In this document: one piece after another, positions 6,728-16,258 of the stretch
Numbering within the stretch: the stretch's first letter is position 1
Layout: every line of letters starts with the position of its first letter
NCBI GenBank assembly: GCA_964477505.1
Contig: CAYZDN010000007.1
Location: 1-31,017, forward strand
Origin: an uncultured Nitrosopumilales archaeon
GTDB lineage: Archaea; Thermoproteota; Nitrososphaeria; Nitrososphaerales; Gagatemarchaeaceae
Length of the DNA: 31,017 bases
Direction: 5' to 3'
Position numbers and translations under genes: made by a program
The notes under the pieces: generated by a model
What the model saw: the letters and a program-made list of their open reading frames with translations, nothing else
Database searches by the model: none
What the model was told of the DNA's origin: nothing

Positions 6728-7276
6728 CTAGCCGGTGGCTTTGGCGCTCGTCGGCCCGGGGTCGGAGTCGAGCTCTCTATCTATCCAGTCCACCTGCGAC
6801 GCGAGGACCTGCCGGAGCTCGCGGAGGATCGGAGCCCTTTTTTTGGCTGGGATCTGGCCCACCTTCTCCCGGATGAACCCCGAGCTGTCTCTGAAACGCC
6901 TTATCATCATCGCCATGAACACGTCTCCCGGAAGGAGGTCGGAGAAGAGCCGACCCATCACCGTATCTTTGCGCCCCATCCCCGCAATCTGCTTACGGGC
7001 CTCCGAAAGCTCCTGGTCCCCCTTGGAAGTCAGGACGTACGTCTTTCGTGAGCGTCCCCTTCCCTTCGACGCGATCAACCCCTCCCTCTGCAGGCCCTTC
7101 AGGAGGGGGTACATCGTCCCCGGACCGGGCCTCCAAGCTCCTTCAGTCAGTTCATCGATGGATTGGATGATCGAATACCCAGACTGGGGGGACTTCGAGA
7201 GGAGGGTCAGCATGTAGATTCGGAGGAAACCCCTGGGGACCGTCTGTGGGTGAAGCCAGTGGCGTTCGGGGGGCAT
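6728..7276 (-). CDS. PadR-family transcriptional regulator
   Basis: GYSIIQSI...WRPGPGTMYPLLKGL..EGLI...RKTYVLTSKG is the PadR wHTH pattern. Divergent from an ABC exporter. Confidence 0.92.
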   Translation of the reverse strand: MPPERHWLHPQTVPRGFLRIYMLTLLSKSPQSGYSIIQSIDELTEGAWRPGPGTMYPLLKGLQREGLIASKGRGRSRKTYVLTSKGDQELSEARKQIAGMGRKDTVMGRLFSDLLPGDVFMAMMIRRFRDSSGFIREKVGQIPAKKRAPILRELRQVLASQVDWIDRELDSDPGPTSAKATG

Positions 7277-7299
7277 CCGGCGTTCGAGGAAGTAGGGCG

Positions 7300-7342
7300 C
7301 TATATTAGTTTGTATAAGATATCGTATCAGATAGTCTTAAAT
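7300..7342. promoter_or_regulatory. Divergent promoter region with a candidate PadR operator
   Basis: AT-rich island. Quasi-palindrome GATATC-GTATCA-GATAGTC at 7318-7336. CTTAAAT at 7336-7342 lies about 26-32 nt before TTG 7368. Confidence 0.45.
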
Positions 7343-7367
7343 CGCGGCACCCGAAGGGGTTAGGCAG

Positions 7368-8372
7368 TTGAACGACGTCATCTCCGTTGAGAAGCTCGAA
7401 GTGGTGTACGGGGACGGTACCCGTGCGGTCGACGGAATAGACTTCACAGTCGGTGACGGCGAATTCTTCGGATTCCTCGGCCCGAACGGCGCTGGCAAGA
7501 GCACGACGATCAAGGTCCTGACCACGCTTCTGAGGAAGACGGGAGGCAAAGCCACGGTGCTGGGGCACGACATCGGTTCCGCCGACAAGAAGGTACGGCC
7601 GCTCATCGGCGTCCAGAGCCAAGAGACCGTTGTGGACGGAGACCTCACGGGGAGAGAGAACATGATCCTCCAGGGCAATCTGCACGGCATGAGAGGTAAG
7701 GAGCTTGACGCCCGGGTTGACGAGCTCCTGAAGCTGGTCGAGCTGTCGGACGTGGCAGACAGAAGGGCCGCGTTCTATTCGGGTGGGATGAAGAAGAGGC
7801 TCGACCTGGCGTCGTCCCTCGTCCACAAACCCAAGCTCCTGTTCTTAGACGAGCCGACCACCGGGCTGGACCCCCAGTCCAGGGCCGGCGTCTGGAAATA
7901 CCTGAGGAAACTGAACAAGGAGGACGGAATCGCGATATTCCTTACCACCCAATACCTGGAAGAAGCTGACAAGCTCTGCGACAGGCTTGCGATCATCGAC
8001 CATGGCCAGATAATAACCGGCGGGTCGCCTTCGGAGCTCAAGGCAGAGATAGGCGCGGACGCCATAACGCTCAGCATCGAAGGGAACGGCGGGAACGTGG
8101 AGACCGCCCAGGGGGTCCTGAAAGGGATCTCGGGCATCAAGGAGGTCGTCCAGGGGGACGGTGGGATAACGGTCTACGCGATGAATGCGAGCACCCTCGT
8201 GCCCGACATAGTGAGGTCCTTCGACGCCAAAGGACTCAAACTCGCCTCCATCAATCTTTCGAGGCCAAGCTTGGACGACGTGTTCCTGAAGCACACAGGA
8301 CATAGAATAAGGGCGGAGGAGCTCGTCAGGCCCCAATCGAAGATGATGGGAAGGTTCGGGAGGAGGCACTAG
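7368..8372 (+). CDS. ABC-2 exporter ATP-binding subunit (DrrA-like)
   Basis: GPNGAGKST, YSGGMKKRL, LFLDEPTTGLDP, TTQYLEEAD. Confidence 0.95.
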   Translation: MNDVISVEKLEVVYGDGTRAVDGIDFTVGDGEFFGFLGPNGAGKSTTIKVLTTLLRKTGGKATVLGHDIGSADKKVRPLIGVQSQETVVDGDLTGRENMILQGNLHGMRGKELDARVDELLKLVELSDVADRRAAFYSGGMKKRLDLASSLVHKPKLLFLDEPTTGLDPQSRAGVWKYLRKLNKEDGIAIFLTTQYLEEADKLCDRLAIIDHGQIITGGSPSELKAEIGADAITLSIEGNGGNVETAQGVLKGISGIKEVVQGDGGITVYAMNASTLVPDIVRSFDAKGLKLASINLSRPSLDDVFLKHTGHRIRAEELVRPQSKMMGRFGRRH

Positions 8373-8375
8373 GAG

Positions 8376-9158
8376 ATGTCCCTGGCTTTCGACACCTGGG
8401 TCCTGTTCGTCAGGTCGATCAAGAAGCTGGTCCGGACCCCCATACTTCTGTTCTTCTCTCTCTTCCAGCCCATAATCTTCCTCTTCCTGTTCACCGCGCT
8501 GTTCTCGAAGGCAGGCTCGTTATTCGCATCCTCTGCGGGGTTCCCCGGGGCCACCTACACCAGCTTCGCCCTTGCCGGCATCGTGCTGCAGAACGGGTTC
8601 TCGAGCGCCCTTCAATCTGGCACGTCGGTGGTCGACGACCTCACCTCGGGTTTCCTCGAGAAGGCCCTCGTCACTCCCGTGAACAGGTCGGCGATTCTTT
8701 TCGGAAGGCTGCTGAGCGACGCGTTCAGGGTCGTCGTTCAATCCGCCATCATCCTCGGGCTGGCGTACTTTGCCCTGGGCGCGGACCTTACCACAGGGGT
8801 TCCGGGCGTGCTGATGATATTCCTGATCGTGGCCTTCTTCGGCCTCGCCTGGTCTGGCATATCCCTGACCATAGGGCTCAGGACCAAGAGCGCCGAAACG
8901 GTCTTCGGTCTAGGAGGGATACTGACCTTCCCCCTGCTGTTCATGAGCACCGCCCTCGTCCCAGTGAGCCAGATGGAGAGCTGGATGCAGACCGTGTCCC
9001 AGCTCAACCCTATCAGCTATACGGTGGACGCTGTCAGGGCCCTGACGTTGAGCGGGTTCGACTGGACGAAGATACTCAACGCCATCGGGTACGTAGGAGG
9101 GATAGCCGTGGTGTCGCTGGGGGCGACCCTCTACCTGTTCAGGAAAGTCGTCTCCTAG
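8376..9158 (+). CDS. ABC-2 exporter permease (DrrB-like)
   Basis: Six TM helices; GFLEKALVTPV.R, STALVP and NPISY motifs. Confidence 0.92.
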   Translation: MSLAFDTWVLFVRSIKKLVRTPILLFFSLFQPIIFLFLFTALFSKAGSLFASSAGFPGATYTSFALAGIVLQNGFSSALQSGTSVVDDLTSGFLEKALVTPVNRSAILFGRLLSDAFRVVVQSAIILGLAYFALGADLTTGVPGVLMIFLIVAFFGLAWSGISLTIGLRTKSAETVFGLGGILTFPLLFMSTALVPVSQMESWMQTVSQLNPISYTVDAVRALTLSGFDWTKILNAIGYVGGIAVVSLGATLYLFRKVVS

Positions 9159-9173
9159 CCTCGGACGTATCGG

Positions 9174-9207
9174 GAGCACGTTACTCTTTTAGGGAAAGAG
9201 GATGCTC
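9174..9207. promoter_or_regulatory. Intergenic inverted repeat (operator or hairpin)
   Basis: GAGCA-cgtta-CTCTTT-taggg-AAAGAG-ga-TGCTC, ending 2 nt before ATG 9210. Confidence 0.4.
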
Positions 9208-9209
9208 TC

Positions 9210-9866
9210 ATGACCATGGGCGCCATCGCGGACGAAGGAAGGCGAGAAGTCTTCGCGTCCGTGGAAGCCATAGGGCGCATCGGCTCACGGTGGTCGGACT
9301 ACCTGAGACGGAGAGAGAGACACCTCGTCATCGCGAAGTCCCTGGTCTACGGTGGTTTGATCTTCTTCCTCCTCGTGGCGGCGGTCATTTCATACGTGGC
9401 CTCGGAGTATGACATCGCTTACTTCGTGGCACACAAGGAGCAGTTCGTCCCCTACTTCGAGGTCGCGATCTTGATCGGGGTGGGAACCGTCGTCGCCTCT
9501 CTGGCCATCCTCAACAGGCGGACCGAGTCGAGGATGAGGGAGGTGTCGGAACTGGTCAACCAGCTGAAGGGAGGGGCAGGGGGCCACGAAGAGGCCTGGA
9601 AGGCGCTTGCCGCGACTAGAAAGATGCTCGACGCGCTCCCCGAGATCGCCCGGCCCAGGACCCAGGACGCGCTGATCTACGGCCTGCTTTCCTTCGTCTT
9701 GGTTGCGATAGTCGCCAGACCCGTCGTCGGAGTGGCGGTGGCGCTCGTCATCTTCCTCTACTTCAGGTACGAGGGGACGAAGACGTACCAGACGGAGCTT
9801 TCGCGCCTCGAAGAGCAGAGGAAGGTATTCGAAGAGAAGATGCAGGTTTTCACTCAGTCGTTGTGA
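9210..9866 (+). CDS. Hypothetical membrane protein
   Basis: Two pairs of hydrophobic helices separated by a charged helical linker; charged C-terminal helix. Confidence 0.7.
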   Translation: MTMGAIADEGRREVFASVEAIGRIGSRWSDYLRRRERHLVIAKSLVYGGLIFFLLVAAVISYVASEYDIAYFVAHKEQFVPYFEVAILIGVGTVVASLAILNRRTESRMREVSELVNQLKGGAGGHEEAWKALAATRKMLDALPEIARPRTQDALIYGLLSFVLVAIVARPVVGVAVALVIFLYFRYEGTKTYQTELSRLEEQRKVFEEKMQVFTQSL

Positions 9867-9873
9867 TATATGT

Positions 9874-10149
9874 TTGGACAGGCCAGACCTCTACGTGGTA
9901 GCCAGGTTCCTGGACATACTCTACGAGCAGGGCACCCCAATGAAGAGGACCAACATCCAGATGCGCCTGGGGGTGAACTACCCAAGGTTCACAGAGTACC
10001 TCGAGTGGCTCCAGTCGAAGGGGTTCGTAGCCTTGGGGGAGGGACAGGACGACGGAGCCGAAGTCTTTTCCCTCAGTAACAAGGGGAACGAAGCATACCA
10101 CCGGATCGTAGACTGGATCCGTGAGACGATGGAAGGAATCAAACTGTAG
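9874..10149 (+). CDS. Small winged helix-turn-helix protein (predicted archaeal transcriptional regulator)
   Basis: KRTNIQMRLGVNYPRFTEYLEWLQSKGFV...FSLSNKG fits a wHTH. Confidence 0.85.
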   Translation: MDRPDLYVVARFLDILYEQGTPMKRTNIQMRLGVNYPRFTEYLEWLQSKGFVALGEGQDDGAEVFSLSNKGNEAYHRIVDWIRETMEGIKL

Positions 10150-10223
10150 GGACGGAGGTACTGGGGGAACGTATCATCAACACGCGACGCTTATTACCAC
10201 CGGACCGGCCCCCTTCCCAGGAA

Positions 10224-11156
10224 ATGGCCCCCTCTCTTGAAGCGGTCGGGCTCTCTAAGAAGTACGGGAGCTTCGCTGCGGTCTCAGGGCTGAACATCAA
10301 GGTCCAAGGGACGAAGTGCGTGGGATTCCTCGGCCCAAACGGTGCAGGGAAGACCACCACGATGAAGATGTTCACTGGCCTGATAGGGGCGACGGAGGGG
10401 ACGGCCCTGATAAACGGGGTCGACGTCAGCAAGGACAAGAAGGGGGCGCTCGCTTCCTGCTCGACTCTGATCGAGACCCCTGAAATCTATCCGGCGCTCA
10501 CGCCCAAGGAAGCCCTGAGCATGCTTTGCGAGCTAAGGGGGGTCTCGGCCGGGGAGAGAAACAAGAGAATCGACGAGGCGCTCGGCCGGGTCAAGATGAC
10601 GGAATGGGAGAACAAGAAGCTGGGAGGGTTCTCGAAGGGGATGAAGCAGCGGGTCAACGTCGCTTCGACCCTCCTCAGCGACCCCCAGGTCATCATCATG
10701 GACGAGCCATCGACGGGGCTCGACCCGAGGGGGATGAGCGAAGTGAGGGACATCGTGAAGTCCCTTGGGGACAGGCTCGTGTTCATGAGTTCACACCTTT
10801 TGGCAGAGGTGACAGAGGTTTGCCAAGAGGTTGCGATGATCGACCACGGAAAGCTGCTTGTCTATGACACAATCGACAACGTGACCTCCAAGTTCTCAGG
10901 GGGCTCCGGCACGGTCAGGATAGGGTTCGCTAGGCCCCTCGACGTCCAGACCGGGACGACTATTTCGAACCTCGAGGGGGTCACTTCGTTCTCGAGGGCA
11001 AACGACAGGCACGCGCTGGTGAAGTTCGACCCCAAGGTCATCACCCAAGAGAAGCTGTTCGAGAAGATCGCAGGGCTGAAGGCGGGCGCCCAGACCTTCG
11101 AGTCAGAAGCCGGGCTGGAAGACGTGTATCTCAGCCTCATCAAGGAGACGCTGTAG
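10224..11156 (+). CDS. ABC transporter ATP-binding subunit
   Basis: GPNGAGKTT, FSKGMKQR, IIMDEPSTGLDP, SSHLLAEV. Confidence 0.95.
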   Translation: MAPSLEAVGLSKKYGSFAAVSGLNIKVQGTKCVGFLGPNGAGKTTTMKMFTGLIGATEGTALINGVDVSKDKKGALASCSTLIETPEIYPALTPKEALSMLCELRGVSAGERNKRIDEALGRVKMTEWENKKLGGFSKGMKQRVNVASTLLSDPQVIIMDEPSTGLDPRGMSEVRDIVKSLGDRLVFMSSHLLAEVTEVCQEVAMIDHGKLLVYDTIDNVTSKFSGGSGTVRIGFARPLDVQTGTTISNLEGVTSFSRANDRHALVKFDPKVITQEKLFEKIAGLKAGAQTFESEAGLEDVYLSLIKETL

Positions 11157-11158
11157 GA

Positions 11159-12013
11159 ATGGCCGAGTCCTCGGCGACCCATGCCAGGGTGGGCAGCCTC
11201 GCCCAGGTGGGCATCATAGCGAAGTACAACTTCCTGAACTATTTCAGGGCGAGGAGATTCTACGTGATGCTCGCAATCATCCTGATCATCGGCGGACTGG
11301 TGACGGGGCTGGTGGCTTACTACGGGGTCGCAACACTCGGCGGCAATACCGCGCTCGGATTCTACGGAGCCGGATGGGGAGGCTTCGCGACGTTTGTGAT
11401 CATCCTAAGCGCCGTGTTCTTCGGCGGAGACGCCATTTCTGGGGAGTTCCAGAACAGGACCGGCTACTTCCTGGTGCCCAACCCCATAAGGAGGTCGGCG
11501 GTGTACGTCGGAAAATACCTGGCCGCCCTCGCGGCCTCCTCGCTCGTCCTAGGGACCTTCGCCGTGATCATGATTGCCAACGGCCTCTACTATTTCCCCG
11601 GGTCGATGCCCTGGGAGTTCGTCCAATCGTTGGCGTTCGCGTGGGTCTACCTCATCGCGGTCATGTCGCTCGCTTTCGCCTTCAGTTCGCTCTTCAAGAG
11701 CACGTCGATCTCGGTCCTCATGACGGTGATACTACTGCTGTTCGTCTTCAACATAGTCGATGCTCTCGTTTCTATCGTCGCTGGCTATGAGCCGTGGTAC
11801 TCGATCGTCTACGGCGCGCAGATAATCGGCGACATATTGACCGTGCCGTACCCGGCTCACTTCACTCCGGGGATTGGGGGAGAAGGGAGGTTCCGGGGGA
11901 TACCCTCCTACGCACCCACCGTCCCTGAAGGGCTGGCGATCCTCCTGGTCTACCTCGTAGTGATGGCGGTGGTCGGGCTCGTCCTGTTCCAGAAGAAGGA
12001 GTTCACGTCCTAG
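11159..12013 (+). CDS. ABC-2 family permease
   Basis: Six TM helices; DAISGEFQNRTGYFLVPNPIRR..VYVGK signature. Confidence 0.9.
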   Translation: MAESSATHARVGSLAQVGIIAKYNFLNYFRARRFYVMLAIILIIGGLVTGLVAYYGVATLGGNTALGFYGAGWGGFATFVIILSAVFFGGDAISGEFQNRTGYFLVPNPIRRSAVYVGKYLAALAASSLVLGTFAVIMIANGLYYFPGSMPWEFVQSLAFAWVYLIAVMSLAFAFSSLFKSTSISVLMTVILLLFVFNIVDALVSIVAGYEPWYSIVYGAQIIGDILTVPYPAHFTPGIGGEGRFRGIPSYAPTVPEGLAILLVYLVVMAVVGLVLFQKKEFTS

Positions 12014-12954
12014 CCGCTCGTAAGCATAAAGTCGTGCACCTTCCCTCCATCTAGGTTGACCAGAGCTCCGCGGAGAATCCCGTCCGAGTACTCGCTCCCG
12101 GGGTTCAGACATAGGGTCCGCCCGAGCTTCACGAACCCCTTCGACTCGTGGATGTGGCCGTGAAGTCCTAGCAGCGGAGCGTGCCTCTCGATGGCGCCCC
12201 TCACGGCGGTGCTCCCTGCGTGGATGTACTTGATCCCCAGTCCTTCCTTGACGTAGTTGAAGTCGTGGCTCACGGCCGGAGCCTTGTCGAGCTCGGTGTC
12301 GATCGGCGGTACGTGGAGGTTGTACACGGCGTTCGCCTGGTCCTTCACCTTGGACGCCAGGGACTCGATCATCCCCCCCAGCCTTTCCTCGCTTACCTCC
12401 CTCGGGCTCTTCCACGGAGTGGGGTTCGCATATCCGAGGGTTATCATCTCGTACCCCCCGCCGAGGTCTACCACCCTGTTCTCGGGGTTGACGAAAGGGC
12501 CCGAATCGACAAGCGCCCTGTCCAGCTCGAACTTGTCGTCGTTGCCCGGGGACAGGTAGCACTTCACGTCCGTCCCCTTCAGCCTTTCCAAGGTGAGCTG
12601 GACCCATGAGTCGAGCACGGCAACCATGGCATCGTCGAACACCTTGGTCTCCTTCGACTTGTCCGACTGGATCTCCCCCAGTTCGCCGGGCGTCGTCACG
12701 AATGAATACTCGCCGGCGTCCTGCAACGCCCTTCGGGTTTCAGCCAGCTTGTCCTTGCCGATGGTCTTCTGGGCGCCGAAGAGGGTGACCTCGTATTTCC
12801 CGTCCTGGCGCTCGACGAACGGGACGAGCACCTTGCCAGTGATGTCGCCTCCCAAGATCAGGGCGTCGGCCCTGTAGACCTTCGATGCGTTGAGGAACTT
12901 CCTGTAGCATTTCTCGGACCCGTGCACATCGGTAGTGAAGAAGATCCGCGTCAT
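12010..12954 (-). CDS. Calcineurin-like metallophosphoesterase (Icc-related)
   Basis: DVHGS, GGDITG, PGNDD, HVPP and HGHIHE motifs. Confidence 0.92.
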   Translation of the reverse strand: MTRIFFTTDVHGSEKCYRKFLNASKVYRADALILGGDITGKVLVPFVERQDGKYEVTLFGAQKTIGKDKLAETRRALQDAGEYSFVTTPGELGEIQSDKSKETKVFDDAMVAVLDSWVQLTLERLKGTDVKCYLSPGNDDKFELDRALVDSGPFVNPENRVVDLGGGYEMITLGYANPTPWKSPREVSEERLGGMIESLASKVKDQANAVYNLHVPPIDTELDKAPAVSHDFNYVKEGLGIKYIHAGSTAVRGAIERHAPLLGLHGHIHESKGFVKLGRTLCLNPGSEYSDGILRGALVNLDGGKVHDFMLTSG

Positions 12955-13036
12955 TTGCGCAGGATTTGACGCGGCAAGGTGACCGTATTTAATGATGGAT
13001 TAGCATCGGCGCGGGAATCGGCCAGGCAAACAACAA

Positions 13037-14272
13037 CTAGCGCAGGAACGCGAACGGGTCATTCCCCTCCGAATATGCGCGGGCGGCCACGTACATCCCG
13101 GCGCTCCAGGACTGCCCGTATTGCCCCCTGGCTTCCCCCTTCCTCCCGTCCAGCCACTCGTTGAATCCGACCGCCTCCCCCTCCCGGAGGACCCCGTTCG
13201 CTTTGGCCAGGTTCTCGAGTTGGGTCGGGGCAGCCTCGGATCCCAGGGCGTAAAGGGCGCACACGTAGAACCCTCCTACGAAGGGCCATACCCCGCCGTT
13301 GTGGTAGTCCAGGGGTCCGCTCCTGTGCTGGATGGGGAGCATGGCGTCGAAGTTGTCGTCGTACCCCGCATCTCCTTTCTTGTACGGAGGGTCGAGGACC
13401 CGGGCAGGGAAGGGATAGGATAGCTTCCTGGACTCGATGGTGTCGATTATCGACCGAAACGTCTCCTCGCCGGCCGCGCCCCAGAGCCCGCAAAGCAGGT
13501 TCGATAGGGTGTCGAAGTGCGAGTCTATCCTGGCGAACGAGATGTACTGGAGATAGTACTTCTTCGACATGTCTACGACCTTCTGCTCCGCGTGGTGCGT
13601 CGCCAGCCTGGGCCAGTACTTCGAGATCCTGCCTGTGCTGTCGTCCCCCGGCAGGAATACGTCGCCGAACCTCTCCTTCAGGGCGTCGTAGTCGAGCATG
13701 TTGGGGAAGTCCGCGCCCCTCCCAGCCTTGGCAAGGAGCGATGTGATGCATTTTGTCGCCGTCAGAAAGAGGATGTTGTTGTAGAGGGTCTTGCCGGTGC
13801 GTTGGATAGCCGCATCCATCCAGTCAGCCCCCTGAGGGGAGTCCACGAGCCACGAGTTGTTGGCGTCCTGGAACCGGACGAATTCGTATGCGTCCAACGC
13901 CGCGTCCAGGTCATCGTTCAGGAGCGTCCTGTCCTCCGTAGCGTGGTAGAGGCTGGCGAGCCCAAGGATATACCAACACGAAGAGTCGGTGGACCCCGAA
14001 AAGCCGAACTCGGGCTGATCTATGCCCAGGTCGTAGAAGTTTGGGATCTGGCCGAGCGGTGCGCGGGTCTTGGCGAACGTGTCCAACGTCGTCCGGGCAG
14101 ACTGAAGGAGGGCGGGGTCCTTCACGAGATTCGCCCCCAGGAAGGAGATGAAGGCGTCGCGCGCCCAGATCTGGTTGTAGTACGCGTGGGATGCCTTCAG
14201 TCCACGCTGGGTGGCGTTCCTTCTGAGCACTTCGACAGCACGCTCATAGGTGGATTCGACCAGCTCGCTCAA
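13037..14272 (-). CDS. (alpha/alpha)6-barrel glycoside hydrolase, GH100/amylo-alpha-1,6-glucosidase-like
   Basis: QIWARDAF, DWMD, YHNGGVWPFVGGFY, FNEWLDG and QSWSAG motifs. Confidence 0.8.
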   Translation of the reverse strand: MSELVESTYERAVEVLRRNATQRGLKASHAYYNQIWARDAFISFLGANLVKDPALLQSARTTLDTFAKTRAPLGQIPNFYDLGIDQPEFGFSGSTDSSCWYILGLASLYHATEDRTLLNDDLDAALDAYEFVRFQDANNSWLVDSPQGADWMDAAIQRTGKTLYNNILFLTATKCITSLLAKAGRGADFPNMLDYDALKERFGDVFLPGDDSTGRISKYWPRLATHHAEQKVVDMSKKYYLQYISFARIDSHFDTLSNLLCGLWGAAGEETFRSIIDTIESRKLSYPFPARVLDPPYKKGDAGYDDNFDAMLPIQHRSGPLDYHNGGVWPFVGGFYVCALYALGSEAAPTQLENLAKANGVLREGEAVGFNEWLDGRKGEARGQYGQSWSAGMYVAARAYSEGNDPFAFLR

Positions 14273-14280
14273 GGCATCAC

Positions 14281-14727
14281 CTACTTGGCAGCCTCGATCG
14301 CCTTGGTGATCCCTGCGAAGATCTCGGCTACCTTCTTGGTGGAGAACCCCTTCAACAGCGATGAACCTATCCCGGCCATCACCCCTTGGATCTCTGCATC
14401 AGCGGTCCACGCCATCGTGGTGGGGGAGTCCCCCGAGAGGGTGAAGACGCTTTTCAGCCTGAGGCTGCTCCCGCTCCCCGACCCCTCTGCTGTAAGGGTG
14501 GCGCTCGAAGGAGGCGAAGTTCTTTCCAGGGTCATCTTGATCCTGAGGCTGGCAGAGACCACGGCGACCCGTAGCTTCACCTTCGCCTCGACCGTCGACC
14601 CGTCTATCACCCTGACGTCCTCAGAATCAGGGAGGGCACGGGTGATGAAGTTCGGGTCGGTCAGGAGGGAATACGCTCTGTCCCGGGTCGTGCCTATCGC
14701 GTTCGACCCCTCAAGGTGGAGTTGCAT
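14281..14727 (-). CDS. CoxG/SRPBCC-family protein
   Basis: AYSLLTDP..ITRALP, W.A.AEIQG.MAGIGS.LL pattern. Confidence 0.88.
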   Translation of the reverse strand: MQLHLEGSNAIGTTRDRAYSLLTDPNFITRALPDSEDVRVIDGSTVEAKVKLRVAVVSASLRIKMTLERTSPPSSATLTAEGSGSGSSLRLKSVFTLSGDSPTTMAWTADAEIQGVMAGIGSSLLKGFSTKKVAEIFAGITKAIEAAK

Positions 14728-14758
14728 GTTGGATTGGTTCTCCGCCCGCTAAATATGC

Positions 14759-15988
14759 TCACCTATACGCTTCGAAGTCCCTGCCGAGGACGCTTGAGGC
14801 TATCTTGAGCTCCATGATCTCGTCGGTCCCTTCATAGATCCTGGCCACACGGGAGTCGAGGAAGTGCTTCGCGACCGGCGAAAGGATGGAGTACCCGAAA
14901 CCGCCGAAGCATTGGACCGCCCTGTCGGCAGAATCGAAGGCGCTTCTTGAGGAGAAGTACTTGGCGACGGCCGAGAGGCGGTCAGCTTCGCCCCTGAGCG
15001 CGAGGTCCTTGAGGTCATTCTCAAACTCGTCTTTCTTCATCGCCGCCCTGTATACAAGCCAGCGCGACGCTTCGAGGCTCGTTTCGATGGCGGCGACGTG
15101 CTTCTGAATGAGCTGGTGCTTCGCAATCTGCTTGCCGTGCTGGACCCGAGAAGTCGCCCTCTCCTTCACCTGGTTGAGGCAGTCCTCCATCACGCCCAGG
15201 CATCCCGAGCCGATCCCGATCCTTCCGTTGAGGAGGGCCGAATATGCTATGGAGAGCCCCATGCCCTCCGCACCGAGGACGTCCTCCTTCGGGATGAAAG
15301 CGCCGTCCAAGGTTATCATCGAAGTGTCGGAGGTGAAGAGCCCGATCTTCTCCTCGAGCTTCATGTCCACGGTGAATCCGTCCTTCTTGGTGTCGAGGAG
15401 GAAGGCCGTGACCCCCTTCACCGACCCCTCGGGCTTGGCGAATACTATCATGTTGGTCGCTGTCGAGCCGTTTGAAATCAGATACTTCGACCCAGAGACC
15501 CTGAAGCCATCCCCTTCCTTGACGTAGCTCGTCTTCAGAGACGCGGGGTCTGAACCAGCCTCGGGCTCGGTGAGTCCGTAGGCGAAGATGACCTCTCCTG
15601 CGGCGGCTTTAGGCAGGTAACGGGACTTCTGCTCCTCGGTCCCCCAGTCCTGGACGGCCAGGCTCCCGAGGCACTGGTGCACGTCGGCGAATGTGATGAC
15701 CCCCATCCCGGTCTGACCCATCCTCTCCATGAAGAGGGCCTCCACAAGCTGTCGGGCGCCCCTCCCGCCAAACTCTTCCGAGATTGGGACCCCCAGGAGC
15801 CCGTTCTTTTTCAGCACGAGCGGGGTTTCGGGATTGTATTTCCTCTCGATGTAATTCTCGTATTCGGACACGAGGAGCTCCCCCGCCGCCCTATCGGCGT
15901 CTTCGAGGAGCGTCAGCTCTTCCTCGGTGAGCCCCACAATCCTCGAAAGCTCGTCGACGGCAGACTGGAATAGCGGCTCCAAAACCAA
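14759..15988 (-). CDS. Acyl-CoA dehydrogenase
   Basis: YGLTEPEAGSD, GSKYLISNG, R.QHGKQI, QCFGGFGY, RIYEGTDEI. Confidence 0.95.
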   Translation of the reverse strand: MVLEPLFQSAVDELSRIVGLTEEELTLLEDADRAAGELLVSEYENYIERKYNPETPLVLKKNGLLGVPISEEFGGRGARQLVEALFMERMGQTGMGVITFADVHQCLGSLAVQDWGTEEQKSRYLPKAAAGEVIFAYGLTEPEAGSDPASLKTSYVKEGDGFRVSGSKYLISNGSTATNMIVFAKPEGSVKGVTAFLLDTKKDGFTVDMKLEEKIGLFTSDTSMITLDGAFIPKEDVLGAEGMGLSIAYSALLNGRIGIGSGCLGVMEDCLNQVKERATSRVQHGKQIAKHQLIQKHVAAIETSLEASRWLVYRAAMKKDEFENDLKDLALRGEADRLSAVAKYFSSRSAFDSADRAVQCFGGFGYSILSPVAKHFLDSRVARIYEGTDEIMELKIASSVLGRDFEAYR

Positions 15989-16043
15989 CCATCCGGCGGA
16001 AGTCCGGTGGCTTTAACCCTCACGGCTTAGGGACGCCACGTTC

Positions 16044-16247
16044 GTGAAGACCGACGTCTCACCCATGTGGCTGACCTACTTCATGGTTCCTTGGAAAAAG
16101 GTGGAGCAGGAAGAGACAGGACAGAAGTGCACCAAGTGCGGGAAGCCGCTCGCCAAGACAGAGGTTTTCACTGACAAGGCCGGGGTAAACTACGAGGGAT
16201 ACGTGTGCCACTCCGACAAGCAGGTGACCTGGCTCAGAGTGAGCTGA
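16044..16247 (+). CDS. Small putative zinc-ribbon protein (start may be ATG 16065)
   Basis: CTKCG...YVCHSD knuckles; isolated short ORF in the intergenic space. Confidence 0.55.
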   Translation: MKTDVSPMWLTYFMVPWKKVEQEETGQKCTKCGKPLAKTEVFTDKAGVNYEGYVCHSDKQVTWLRVS

Positions 16248-16258
16248 GGCCTCTAGTC

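Noticed and set aside
13517-14752. Long antisense ORFs (e.g. 13517-14752, 11732-12607, 22010-22780, 29712-30113)
   Set aside because: Shadow frames of well-supported genes in GC-rich DNA; no recognisable domains.
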